Shown piece after piece: positions 10,244 to 19,256 of a stretch of DNA of 64,000 nucleotides. The stretch comes from an uncultured delta proteobacterium (GTDB lineage: Bacteria; Desulfobacterota; Binatia; UBA9968). Each line of letters starts with the position of its first letter. Position 1 is the stretch's first letter. The stretch is from positions 896,001-960,000 of the forward strand of contig CAVYTU010000015.1 of the NCBI GenBank assembly GCA_963771465.1, in the 5' to 3' direction. Position numbers and translations under genes: made by a program. The notes below the pieces were generated by a model, which was given only the letters and a program-made list of their open reading frames with translations, was not told where the DNA came from and did not search any database.

Positions 10244-10684
10244 TCACGAATTAATGATCTCTTCATACGTCGGCGTCGGCATGCCCGGCTTCCAACTCTG
10301 ATCGCGCAATTCGATTCGATTGCCGCTGGGATCGAGCACGAAAAGCTGCCGGCCAGTAAAGAATCCGCCGGGACGGTAATCCACCGGCTCATGAATCTTG
10401 ATGCCAAGCTCGTGGAAAAGTTTACAGGCTTTGGTAAACATTTCGGCGCTGACATCGAAGGCATGATGCAAACGGCCATCTTGCTCGACGGTCCTGACGA
10501 GGGGTTCTTTGCGCTTACAGAGTAGAATGTTGTGGTTGCCGAGTTTGAAGCAGGACATCGGCGAATTGGCCAACCGCCCGACATGTTCCAAGCCAAGAAT
10601 CTCACCATAGAATTTTTCCGACTCTTCCAGATTGTTCACCGGGATCGACCAGTGCACCACGGCATCGAGTTTGAGCATGCCCAT
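10244..10684 (-). CDS. VOC/glyoxalase family protein
   Basis: HWSIPVNNLEESEKFYGEILGL, HHAF, DPSGNRIEL motifs; AGGAG RBS. Confidence 0.9.
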   Translation of the reverse strand: MGMLKLDAVVHWSIPVNNLEESEKFYGEILGLEHVGRLANSPMSCFKLGNHNILLCKRKEPLVRTVEQDGRLHHAFDVSAEMFTKACKLFHELGIKIHEPVDYRPGGFFTGRQLFVLDPSGNRIELRDQSWKPGMPTPTYEEIINS

Positions 10685-10751
10685 AAGATTTCTCCTTTGA
10701 AACCTCACTTAACGCATTCACCATAAGCTGTCCACCTCACTAAGCAGATAG

Positions 10752-10840
10752 TGATTTGAGATAGAGACCGGGCACAGCTCTTCGCTTGATCTGTGCCACA
10801 ATTCTCTATCGTTATCTCATTTCTCGATCTCGAATCTCTC
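10752..10840. repeat. Intergenic hairpin with ~7-nt periodic arm
   Basis: gatagaga-ccg-ggcacag...ctgtgcc-acaat-tctctatc inverted repeat followed by atctcat ttctcga tctcgaa tctctc. Confidence 0.5.
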
Positions 10841-10903
10841 ACCGCCCGATTGACTTCATTCGCTGTTTCCATCTACATTTGCGTCGCTCGAAGCGGAGGA
10901 CCT

Positions 10904-11869
10904 ATGGCGAATCGGACCATGACGATCGGCATGCGCGACTACGACCACACCCGCGCGTTGGCGGACGGCAGAGTCAAAATCGACGGCGTGGATCTCAAAT
11001 TCGTCAACATTACGCCGCCGTCGCAGATTTTTCTACGCATGCTGCACGACGAAGAATTCGACGCCTCGGAGATGTCGCTGTCGAATTTCATGATCGCCAT
11101 CGGCAAAGGCGATCGGCGTTTCGTCGCGCTGCCGGTTTTCCCGTCGCGCGTATTTCGCCACTCCTACATTTGGGTGAATACCAAAGCCGGGATTGCCAAG
11201 CCGGCAGATCTCAAGGGCAAGAGAGTCGGCATCGCGGATTACTCGATGACCGCGCTGTTGTTCGTGCGCGGCCTGTTGCAGCATGAGTACGGCGTCGCGC
11301 CCCAAGATATTCACTGGTTTCGCCGCCGCTCCGAGCATGTCGCCATCGACCTGCCGCCGGACATTCGCATCGACAACATCGCCAAGGATCAAACCCTCGA
11401 CGATCTGCTCGAATCCGGCGAGCTCGACGCCGTTGCCGTGACCTCGCCGCCGCGCGCGATTCTCAAAGGCTCGCCGCTCGTGCAACGGCTCTTCCCCGAC
11501 TGCCGCACGGTGGAAGCGGAGTATTACCGGCGGACAAAAATCTTTCCGATCATGCACATGGTCGTGCTCCGCCGGACCATTTACGAGCAGGACCCGTCGT
11601 TGGCGGCGCGCCTGACCCAAGGCTTTGAGTCCGCCAAGAAGTTAGCATTCGAAGGTTACGAAGAAGACTTAACCGCGCTGCCATGGACAAATCTGAATCT
11701 GGAATACGCGCGTCAGGTTCTAGGCCCCGACGTTTATCCATACGGTGTGAGAAACAACTCCGCCACACTCGAAGCCGCGACGCTTTACTCGCACGAGCAA
11801 GGGTTGACCAAAACCAAATTTGCCGTGAACGATTTATTTGCTCCAGAAACATCGGAATTATTTTCTTGA
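10904..11869 (+). CDS. 4,5-dihydroxyphthalate decarboxylase-like protein (PhnD/SsuA fold)
   Basis: DYDHTRALADGRV, FDASEMSLS, LPVFPSRVFRHS, IFPIMH, YPYGV motifs; no signal peptide; GGAGG RBS. Confidence 0.8.
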   Translation: MANRTMTIGMRDYDHTRALADGRVKIDGVDLKFVNITPPSQIFLRMLHDEEFDASEMSLSNFMIAIGKGDRRFVALPVFPSRVFRHSYIWVNTKAGIAKPADLKGKRVGIADYSMTALLFVRGLLQHEYGVAPQDIHWFRRRSEHVAIDLPPDIRIDNIAKDQTLDDLLESGELDAVAVTSPPRAILKGSPLVQRLFPDCRTVEAEYYRRTKIFPIMHMVVLRRTIYEQDPSLAARLTQGFESAKKLAFEGYEEDLTALPWTNLNLEYARQVLGPDVYPYGVRNNSATLEAATLYSHEQGLTKTKFAVNDLFAPETSELFS

Positions 11870-11907
11870 AGGCGTAACGGAGTCTCGCTCACAAAACGCA
11901 GCAACCG

Positions 11908-12924
11908 CTATTTAATCTTCTTTCGCAACTCGCCTATGTAGCCACTGGTTTCCAGCGTGCGCACGAAGCTCGGGTCAATGATCTGATCGAGATCGACCTG
12001 AGCGATTTTCGGATTAACCCGAGCGACAATGCGTTGCACGATCCGAAACGCCGCAGGATTAGGCGCCAAGTCGAGGGTCGACATCAAGCGCAGCACTTTG
12101 TACGACGACTCGCCTTCGTCGGCTCTGGTCAGTCGAAGATTCTTCATCAAAGTCCTGGTCACCTCGGTCTTATTGGTGCCGTCGAGGATAAACGCCGTCG
12201 CTTCGGCGAGCCCCTTAGTCAGACGCAGGAAAAAATCCTGCCGGCTCGCCAGCACTTCTTTTAATGCGCAGATACTTGGTCCCTGGTACGGCGCCTTGAT
12301 CTCGGCGCCATCGACGAGTGAGCGAAAGCCGGCTTTAAGCGCCGCTTCGCTGAGGCCGTAGGTCATCGCGGCAACTTCGATGTTGCCGGCCAACAGCGCC
12401 TGCGTGATCACCGGGCCGTCGCCGATGACACGGATTTTCAGGCCATGCTTATCCGGATCGACGCCGAGATGATCCAAGATGATCATGGTTTGCAGCCAGA
12501 AGCCGCCGCCGATGCTCTGCACACCGACGACTCGGCCGCGCAATTCCTCGACGCTGGAGATTTCTTTGCGCACCACGAGCAAGCGCGGAATCTTGTTGAT
12601 CGCGCTGGCGATACAAGTGAGCTTGACGCCGCCCGACACCGTGCTCAAAATCGTCGACTGCGCGGGGTAAACCGCTTCGACTTCCTTGGCCACTAACGTG
12701 GCGATACTCAGCGCACCGTTGCGCACTTGAATCATCGACGCATCGATGCCGTATCTCTTGAAAATACCCTTGTCGATGCCGACCCACATTGGCGCCGCCG
12801 ATTCATTGTAACCGCCGTAAGAAACACGAAAGAGTTCCTGTGACTGAACCGGCGGGCTTCCAACCATCCAGCCGAGAAGAAAAACTTTGCCGATCACCGC
12901 GGCAATTCTCTTAAGGTACATCAT
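11908..12924 (-). CDS. ABC substrate-binding protein, NMT1/SsuA-like
   Basis: Signal peptide; APMWVGIDKGIFKRYGID, ELRGRVVG motifs. Confidence 0.9.
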   Translation of the reverse strand: MMYLKRIAAVIGKVFLLGWMVGSPPVQSQELFRVSYGGYNESAAPMWVGIDKGIFKRYGIDASMIQVRNGALSIATLVAKEVEAVYPAQSTILSTVSGGVKLTCIASAINKIPRLLVVRKEISSVEELRGRVVGVQSIGGGFWLQTMIILDHLGVDPDKHGLKIRVIGDGPVITQALLAGNIEVAAMTYGLSEAALKAGFRSLVDGAEIKAPYQGPSICALKEVLASRQDFFLRLTKGLAEATAFILDGTNKTEVTRTLMKNLRLTRADEGESSYKVLRLMSTLDLAPNPAAFRIVQRIVARVNPKIAQVDLDQIIDPSFVRTLETSGYIGELRKKIK

Positions 12925-13288
12925 TCGTCCTCGACGGTTGTTGAACTGGCCCGCCAGTGTTACTGCCGCACACTCGACTTGGCGATTCGCTTTTCAATGT
13001 TGCCATCAGCCTGCTGGTGTCCAACTTGCAGTCCATTGATTCGCACCGACCGACCCGCGAGCGCCAACCGTATCGCATATTTTAAATCCATTTTGATCAA
13101 GCGCTTTGAGCGATGCTTCGCCCATGCGAACCGGGAGCGACCCTAACAAAGCCTTCGCGCTAGTGTCAATTCCGCGTCATTGATATTCCACCGAACTGAC
13201 GAACCGTGGGCCACACTAAGGTGGCCCAATTGATCATCGTCCTACCACCGTCAACGTTTCACTTTTTCAAATCGTTGCCTTGTTAAAA

Positions 13289-13329
13289 CGCAAAAGGCCC
13301 ATGTCTTTCGACACAGGCCTTTTTTTGCG
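13289..13329. terminator. Rho-independent (probably bidirectional) terminator downstream of pal
   Basis: cgcaaaaggccc-atgtc-tttc-gacac-aggccttttttt-gcg: stem-loop with A and T tracts on both sides. Confidence 0.7.
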
Positions 13330-13362
13330 ATTCGGACGATTGGCGATTATTCGCTCGACGAC

Positions 13363-13923
13363 TTACTTTGCCGCCGTCACCACGAAACGTCCGCGGCGAT
13401 TCTTCACCCAGCAATCTTCCGTTTTTTCTTTGCAAACGGGAATCTCTTCGCCGTAGCTGATCGTCGACATTCTGTTGGCGGCGATGCCGAGAGTGCCCAG
13501 ATAGTCCATCGCGGCCTGCGCGCGTTTGGAGCCGAGCGCCATATTGTATTCAGCCGTGCCGCGCTCGTCGCAGTGTCCTTCGATCTGGATACGCGATGAG
13601 CCATTGGCCTTGAGCCAATCCGCGTTGGCTCGCAAAGTCGCGCGGGCGTCTTCCGAAAGCGCTGCGCTATCGAAATTGAAACCGATATCTTTCATCGGCC
13701 CGCCGGTAGCCGACTCACCCCTTTGTAACGCGTCGAGGCTCGAAGAGGAACCCGGATCGGGTTTGGGTGGTGCCGGCGGTTTTGGCGGTGCCCCGGTGGA
13801 TGCACTGGGATTTTCTGCGGTCCACTTTGGCGGCGGTGGGTTAGCCGTCCCCCCGCAGGAAATTAGAAACGTCGCCGCCAATAAATTCACTCCATAGCGT
13901 AACAGCCGATTTTGCTCCCTCAT
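13363..13923 (-). CDS. pal: Peptidoglycan-associated lipoprotein (OmpA-like domain)
   Basis: Lipobox LISC, Pro-rich linker, FNFDS, IEGHCDERGTAEYNMALG.KRA, SYGEE.P, NRR motifs. Confidence 0.93.
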   Translation of the reverse strand: MREQNRLLRYGVNLLAATFLISCGGTANPPPPKWTAENPSASTGAPPKPPAPPKPDPGSSSSLDALQRGESATGGPMKDIGFNFDSAALSEDARATLRANADWLKANGSSRIQIEGHCDERGTAEYNMALGSKRAQAAMDYLGTLGIAANRMSTISYGEEIPVCKEKTEDCWVKNRRGRFVVTAAK

Positions 13924-14093
13924 GAATTCCACCTTTCCCGCTCCGTCACGAGCCGTTTTATGGACCGATTGTGAAGGATTGCGATTCACCTGTCAACTAT
14001 TTCGATGGTCAGAACGAGTTTATATCAATCGCTTATTAAGGTCACCAGGCTACAGCAAGTTCTCAATCCGACAAGATTTTCCGGGCCTACTCC

Positions 14094-15257
14094 CTAGGCT
14101 GCCGCGATCAACCGCACCCCGTAGAGCTTGGGTTGCGACACAACTAACCGGCGCCAGCTCGCTCCCGCATCGCTGCTCGCGTAGACCGAACCATCGGTAT
14201 AACCAACGCAAAGGGTGTTGGGGTCGTGTGGATGACCGGCAAAACCGCAGGTCATATGTTCGTGGCCGGCGGGCAGGCCGTCAGTCAATCGGTGCCAAGT
14301 CTTGCCGGCATCGTCGCTGCGAAGAATTTGTGTCTTGGCGCCACCGGTCTGCGCCGTCGCATTACGGCTAAACTTGACCGTATTATACGGTCCCGCGCGG
14401 ACTGTCCGGTAGCCGGCCCAAGTTGCCGGGCCATTTTCCGCCGCACCGAGAAAAATGCGCTCCGGCACGGATGGATGATTGGTCATCGGAATAGCGTAAG
14501 CGCGTCCCATGCCGTACTCGCATTTTGACCACGTCTTAGCGCCGTCATCGGTTCGATAAGTACCGATGCCTGTGCTAGCAAAAAGGGTTTCTAAGCGCGT
14601 CGGGTGACGGGTCACCCAGTGCACGTCGCGATAAACGCGTCCCTCTTCATGCTTGCCCATCTCGTAGGGCACGATACCAGCCGGATCGTTGACCTGCGGG
14701 TAAGCGGTCGGGCTCGCCGGTCCGCTGATGTCTTCCCAACTCGCGCCGCGGTCGCGGCTGCGCGCTACACCTCCCTCTTCGATGCCGACGATAATTTCGT
14801 CAGATACTCGTGCGTCAAGCACGATGGAACGAGCATGGGCGACGTGGGCTCCCGGCGGAAACGTCCACTTGTTGTAGTCCGGCAGCTCGCGAAAGGCGGA
14901 AAGTTCGCGGAACGACCGGCCGCCGTTTTCACTCACGTAAACAGCAGCCGGAAGTGTACCGACGTAAATCTCGTTGGGCCGAGTCGGATGCACCGCCATC
15001 GTCCAGATATCGCGGCGGTCGATGCCGCCGGACGGCAGCCACTGCCAAGTCGCACCGCCGTCTTCACTGACGTGTATCTCGGTCAAGGTCGCGGCGTATA
15101 ATTTTTTCGCATTGAAGGGATCGCGCGCCACCTCGCGCACCGTCTCGCCGTCCAAACCGCTGTTGAGAATCTCGACGTTCTCGGTGCGCCCATCCCAGCG
15201 GCAACGTAGCAGCCGATCCGCACTCAACAAAAACAGTTGCAAGCTTTCACCAACCAT
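14094..15257 (-). CDS. BNR/Asp-box repeat beta-propeller protein
   Basis: Six SxDxGxTW-type boxes (SEDGGATW, SENGGRSF, SRDRGASW, TDDGAKTW, SDDAGKTW, SSDAGASW); no signal peptide. Confidence 0.85.
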   Translation of the reverse strand: MVGESLQLFLLSADRLLRCRWDGRTENVEILNSGLDGETVREVARDPFNAKKLYAATLTEIHVSEDGGATWQWLPSGGIDRRDIWTMAVHPTRPNEIYVGTLPAAVYVSENGGRSFRELSAFRELPDYNKWTFPPGAHVAHARSIVLDARVSDEIIVGIEEGGVARSRDRGASWEDISGPASPTAYPQVNDPAGIVPYEMGKHEEGRVYRDVHWVTRHPTRLETLFASTGIGTYRTDDGAKTWSKCEYGMGRAYAIPMTNHPSVPERIFLGAAENGPATWAGYRTVRAGPYNTVKFSRNATAQTGGAKTQILRSDDAGKTWHRLTDGLPAGHEHMTCGFAGHPHDPNTLCVGYTDGSVYASSDAGASWRRLVVSQPKLYGVRLIAAA

Positions 15258-15401
15258 CGTTCACCTCCAAGCGTATCAACCTATCGATAGACGACTACTC
15301 GGATTGAAAATAGGGCAAGAGCCAAAGCACCGTCAAGCCCGTGACTAACGATTTGTTATTATCGCTGGAAATTTCGCCCACGCTTGGATTAGATTAGCGG
15401 C

Positions 15402-16283
15402 ATGGAAAAACGACCCGTCAAACCGCACAATCCGAATACGCACGCGCCGCGCTTCAAACTGCCGCTTGGCGCTTGCGATACCCATCTGCATATCTACGGT
15501 CCGTTCGACCGCTATCCGCTGGTCGAAGAGCGCGGCTACGACCCCGACCCGCGCTCGACCCTCGATGACTATCTCAACGTCCATCGCAAGCTCGGCTTGG
15601 AGCGCGCCGTGATCGTCACCGGCAGCGGCAACGGCACCAACAACCGCATCACCCTCGACGCCATCGCGCGCATGCAGGGAAAATTCAAAGGCGTCGCGTT
15701 GCTCGACCCGGCGATCAGCGATGCCGAGTTGCGCCAACTCAAGGACGGCGGCTTCACCGGGTTTCGCATCAAGGCGGAAGGCCGAGGCGGCTTTTCATAC
15801 GACGACGCCCAGCGCATGGTCGCGCGCAGCGCCGGCTTCGGCTGGCATATCGAGTTCATGCCGCAATCAATGGCCGAGGTGATCGCCGGAGTGCCGTTTC
15901 TGAATTCGCTCAAAGTCCCTTATCTCATCGATCATGTGGCTCACGCCGAACCACACATGACAAGCGACGATCATGAATTCAAAGAACTGCTGCGAATTCT
16001 CAAAAACGAAGAGCACGCCTGGATCAATCTCTATAGCTTTTACCAATTGTCAGAAGCCGGCCCGCCCGATTACAGCGATATGATCGGCGTCGTTCAGGCC
16101 ATCGCCGCCAACCGCTCCGATGATATCGTCTGGGGCAGCAACTGGCCCCACGGCGGCGTGAGCGTGCCAATCCCCAACGACGGCGACTTGGTCGATTTCC
16201 TGCTAGCCGCAGTACCGGACGAAAAAACCCGCAACGCGATACTCGCCGACAATCCGGCAAAACTCTACGGCTGGCCCGATTGA
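15402..16283 (+). CDS. Amidohydrolase, 2-pyrone-4,6-dicarboxylate lactonase (LigI)-like
   Basis: ACDTHLHIYGP, GLERAVIV, GWHIE, IDH, WGSNWPH, LADNPAKLYG motifs. Confidence 0.85.
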   Translation: MEKRPVKPHNPNTHAPRFKLPLGACDTHLHIYGPFDRYPLVEERGYDPDPRSTLDDYLNVHRKLGLERAVIVTGSGNGTNNRITLDAIARMQGKFKGVALLDPAISDAELRQLKDGGFTGFRIKAEGRGGFSYDDAQRMVARSAGFGWHIEFMPQSMAEVIAGVPFLNSLKVPYLIDHVAHAEPHMTSDDHEFKELLRILKNEEHAWINLYSFYQLSEAGPPDYSDMIGVVQAIAANRSDDIVWGSNWPHGGVSVPIPNDGDLVDFLLAAVPDEKTRNAILADNPAKLYGWPD

Positions 16284-16357
16284 ACCTGGAACCTTAAGCA
16301 AATCAACTTTTTTGAACGGCTTGAAAGTTGGAAGCTTAGAACTAAGGAGTTGAAGTT
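16281..16357. repeat. Intergenic ~7-nt periodic tract
   Basis: tgaacct ggaacct taagc ... ttgaaag ttggaag cttagaa ctaagga gttgaag. Confidence 0.4.
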
Positions 16358-17081
16358 ATGTACGGTTGGCGCGCTCGCATCGGTCATGTCGCTCCATCGC
16401 GCGGCGATACTTTGGTTTATGAGTTTTACAAAATGTTTCCCGAAGGCTTCATGATGCTCAACACCACCGGCAGCGTGCGCCAGCTGGTCGACGGTGATTT
16501 TGAAAAGCAGCTCAGCCGCATTGAAGAAGCGGTGCAAGATTTAGTCGACAACAATTGCGACTCGATTATTTTCAGCGGCTCGCCGCTTTTCACCCGCTTG
16601 CCCTTCGGCGCCGACCGCGACCTCGGCAAGAAATTATCCGACAAATTCGGCGTCCCCGTCGCCGCTGGGTTGACCGCGGAAGTCGAAGCGTTGAAAGCGA
16701 TGAACTGCCAGAAGCTCGTCGTCGGCACGCCCTACGAGGACGAGATTAACCAGCGGCTCAAACGCCACCTAGAACGGTGCGGCTTCGATCCTGCAGATCG
16801 CCGGCTACGGTGTGCGCAAGAACTCCCAGCTCACCGACCTGCCGGTGCACGCGTCGTATAAGATCGCCAAGCGGCTCTACGCCAAAGGGCGCGACGCCGA
16901 CGGCATCTTCATCCCCTGCCCGCGCTGATCGACGATTACTGATGTCCAGCTCCTGGAAGACGAAATCGGCAAGCCGGTGATCACCAGCAGTCTGGCCTGC
17001 ATCTGGTACGCCTTAAAACTGGTCGACATCAAGGAAATCGTGAAAGGTTACGGCCGTTTGATGGAAAGTTTGGGAAACTAG
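16358..17081 (+). pseudogene. Maleate cis-trans isomerase / Asp-Glu racemase family protein, frameshift plus nonsense
   Basis: MYGWRARIG...GTPYEDEIN...GFD, then a shift near 16790 to LQIAGYG...DGIFIPCPR(TGA)STITDVQLLEDEIGKPVITSS...GYGRLM. Confidence 0.85.
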
Positions 17082-17172
17082 CTAGTCCGAGCCGATGAAG
17101 GCGCGAAAAATTTATAGCTATCTTCGGAACGGATCGTCTAAACTACGCAGGAACCACAAAGGAGGAAGTTAT

Positions 17173-17640
17173 ATGGCATGGATAAAAGCAGCGTTATTGA
17201 CTGGTTTTTTGAGCATCCTGATGATGGATAGCGTTCCCGAGGCGACCGCCGCGGATCGAGACCGGGGTCGCCCTAGTAGCTGCCGGCGCGGGGAGCGTTT
17301 AAACATCCAAGATCTCGACATGTTGCCCGATCCTGTGATCGACGGGCAGCGCGTTCGCGCCTGGAAGGTGCGCATCAATTTCGCCGGTCAGCGCGAGTGC
17401 GACACCAATATTATTGTCCGCGAAGGCAATAACGTCGTCGGCCAAGCCCGGGACTTCAAAATGCGCCCTGGCGAGAACGCGGTCGAGATTCCCGCCGCCG
17501 ACAGCTTCCGCTTCCGCGGACGCGAGACCTGCTTCAATGTCCAGGTCGATCTCGAAGGTTCGCGCCAGCAGGTCGATGCCGATCGCCGCTTCTGCGCGCG
17601 CCAACGCACCACGTGGAGCATGAGTGAAGCCACGAAATAG
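17173..17640 (+). CDS. Hypothetical secreted protein with four Cys
   Basis: GGAGG RBS, signal-peptide-like N-terminus, beta-rich body; no family recognised. Confidence 0.75.
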   Translation: MAWIKAALLTGFLSILMMDSVPEATAADRDRGRPSSCRRGERLNIQDLDMLPDPVIDGQRVRAWKVRINFAGQRECDTNIIVREGNNVVGQARDFKMRPGENAVEIPAADSFRFRGRETCFNVQVDLEGSRQQVDADRRFCARQRTTWSMSEATK

Positions 17641-17663
17641 ATGATGGAAGTATCCATGCAGAA

Positions 17664-17716
17664 TTGAGAGCTGAGATAGAGAGGGTCTCTTTGACTTCTC
17701 TCTATCTCTGTCTCAC
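17664..17716. terminator. Hairpin between convergent genes (terminator or repeat)
   Basis: agatagagag-ggtc...gac-tt-ctctctatct inverted repeat. Confidence 0.5.
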
Positions 17717-17717
17717 T

Positions 17718-18861
17718 TCATCCCCAAACTTTTCCCGCCGTTTCCAGCATCACGTCAAGCTTGCGGAACTGTTCGTCTTCGCTAAGCAGATTGCCGCGAA
17801 TGCTCGAAGCGAAGCCGCACTGCGGGCTGATCGCCAGCTGCTCAAGCGGCAAGAAGCGCGCCGCATCATCGATGCGCCGGCACAATTCATCGACAGTCTC
17901 CACGCGACCCACCTTGGTCGTGATCAATCCCAAAACGGCAATCTTCCCTTTGGGTACGAAACCGCAACGGCTCAAAACCGCCGGCGCGTTCGGTATCGTA
18001 TTCCAGGAGCAATCGCTGATGCTTGAGACCGTTGAATAGCGTTTCGGCAATCGAGTCGTACTTGCCTTCTCGATGCCACATGCTTTGCCGATTGCCACGG
18101 CAGATATGGATACCGAACGTCATGTTAGAGAAATCGGCGATGACTTCATTGTCGGCCGCAATCGAGCGCTCCATGGTCGCCATCGGTTCTTCGCCCCGCC
18201 CACGCATCGCGGCGACCGAATCGGCGTCGACGTACGCTGTATAACCCGGCCCGTCAATGCCGACGTAGCGGCAGCCCGCCTGCGCGAGCTCCGTTAGCAT
18301 CTGCCGCTCTACGGCAACTACGTCACTCAGGAATTCATCCGTATTCGAATAAACGGCACGTGACGCATCGGCGTCATAACACTGTTGAATCCGATCTGGG
18401 CCGATCAGAGTTACTTTCACCGGCCGGTCAGTCAAACTTTGGGCGAAGCGAAAATCATCAACTAATGTATTGCGAACCAACTTCAGCCGCGCCGTGACAC
18501 GCTTGCGATTGAGCAGGATCGGATCTTGGCCTTTATGCGTGCTTTCTTTGCCGTCATCTTTTCGCGCCAGGATTTCGTGATAAGTTCTCGCCCCCGCCTG
18601 CCATTCTTCTACGCCGGCGACCACGGCGAAACTCTCCATGAAACTGGTCCGGCGAAACTCGCCGTCGACCACGATCGGCAAATTGTGTGCGACTTGTTTC
18701 GCGACGACTTGACGAATCGCCAAGTCCTGCGCACTCTTTAAATCCGCTTCACTCGCTTTGCCCTGACCCCAATCGGCAAAAGCCTGTTTCAATTTTTCTG
18801 GCCGCAATAAGCTGCCGACCAAATCCACCCGCATTGAATCGAGATTCAGCTCCATTGCCAT
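17718..18861 (-). pseudogene. Cobalamin-independent methionine synthase II-like protein (single-domain MetE family) with a +1 frameshift near 17960
   Basis: VGSLLRPEKL, VDGEFRR, HICRGN, LEYDTERAGGFEPLRF in one frame; VPKGKIAVLGLITTK...LAISPQCGFAS in the other. Confidence 0.85.
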
Positions 18862-19124
18862 CCTTTCTTCGTTCCTAGATTACCCAGCGCTCAGCCGAGC
18901 TCCTTGATTGCCTGCTGCAATGACTAAACTCTATCGATCTACAAGCCTCGTGATACGTACTCCAAGCGCGTCACGAGCGTCAACCTTGAAGGAAGTAGCA
19001 AGGTTATTATGTCAGGGTGGAAGGACGACAGCTCGCCGTGGGACTCGTGACGGCAGCGCAAACTTGACATGAGAGTTGCGATCATGATCTACGGGAATCG
19101 TCCGATTCTGGGAGATCCGTTTTC

Positions 19125-19256
19125 ATGATGGAGCAGATTTCAGAATTCCGCGCCGAACGGCTGTGGGAAGCGAAAAAACTTGCCCTGAAAAAACTCTACG
19201 ACAACTCGTTGTTGCAAAAAATTCAGAAGAAAATGCAAAGTAAGGAAACCTCATGA
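19125..19256 (+). pseudogene. Probable C-terminal remnant of an NMT1-type SBP
   Basis: MMEQISE...EAKKLALKKLYDNSLLQKIQK resembles SBP C-termini (compare ADNSIIDRL in 35961..36899); its stop overlaps the LLM start (ATGA). Confidence 0.45.

Noticed and set aside
13006-13125. 39-aa minus-strand ORF MGEASLKALDQNG... upstream of the SBP
   Set aside because: No convincing RBS, motif or composition signal
2870-16929. Alternative genetic code (TGA=Trp), suggested by TGA at probable Trp positions near 2871 and 16926
   Set aside because: Both occur in genes with other lesions; many intact genes end in TGA at the expected C-terminus and use TGG for Trp
18862-19120. SAM or cobalamin riboswitch upstream of the MetE-like gene
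   Set aside because: No SAM-I core or B12-box recognisable on the minus strand
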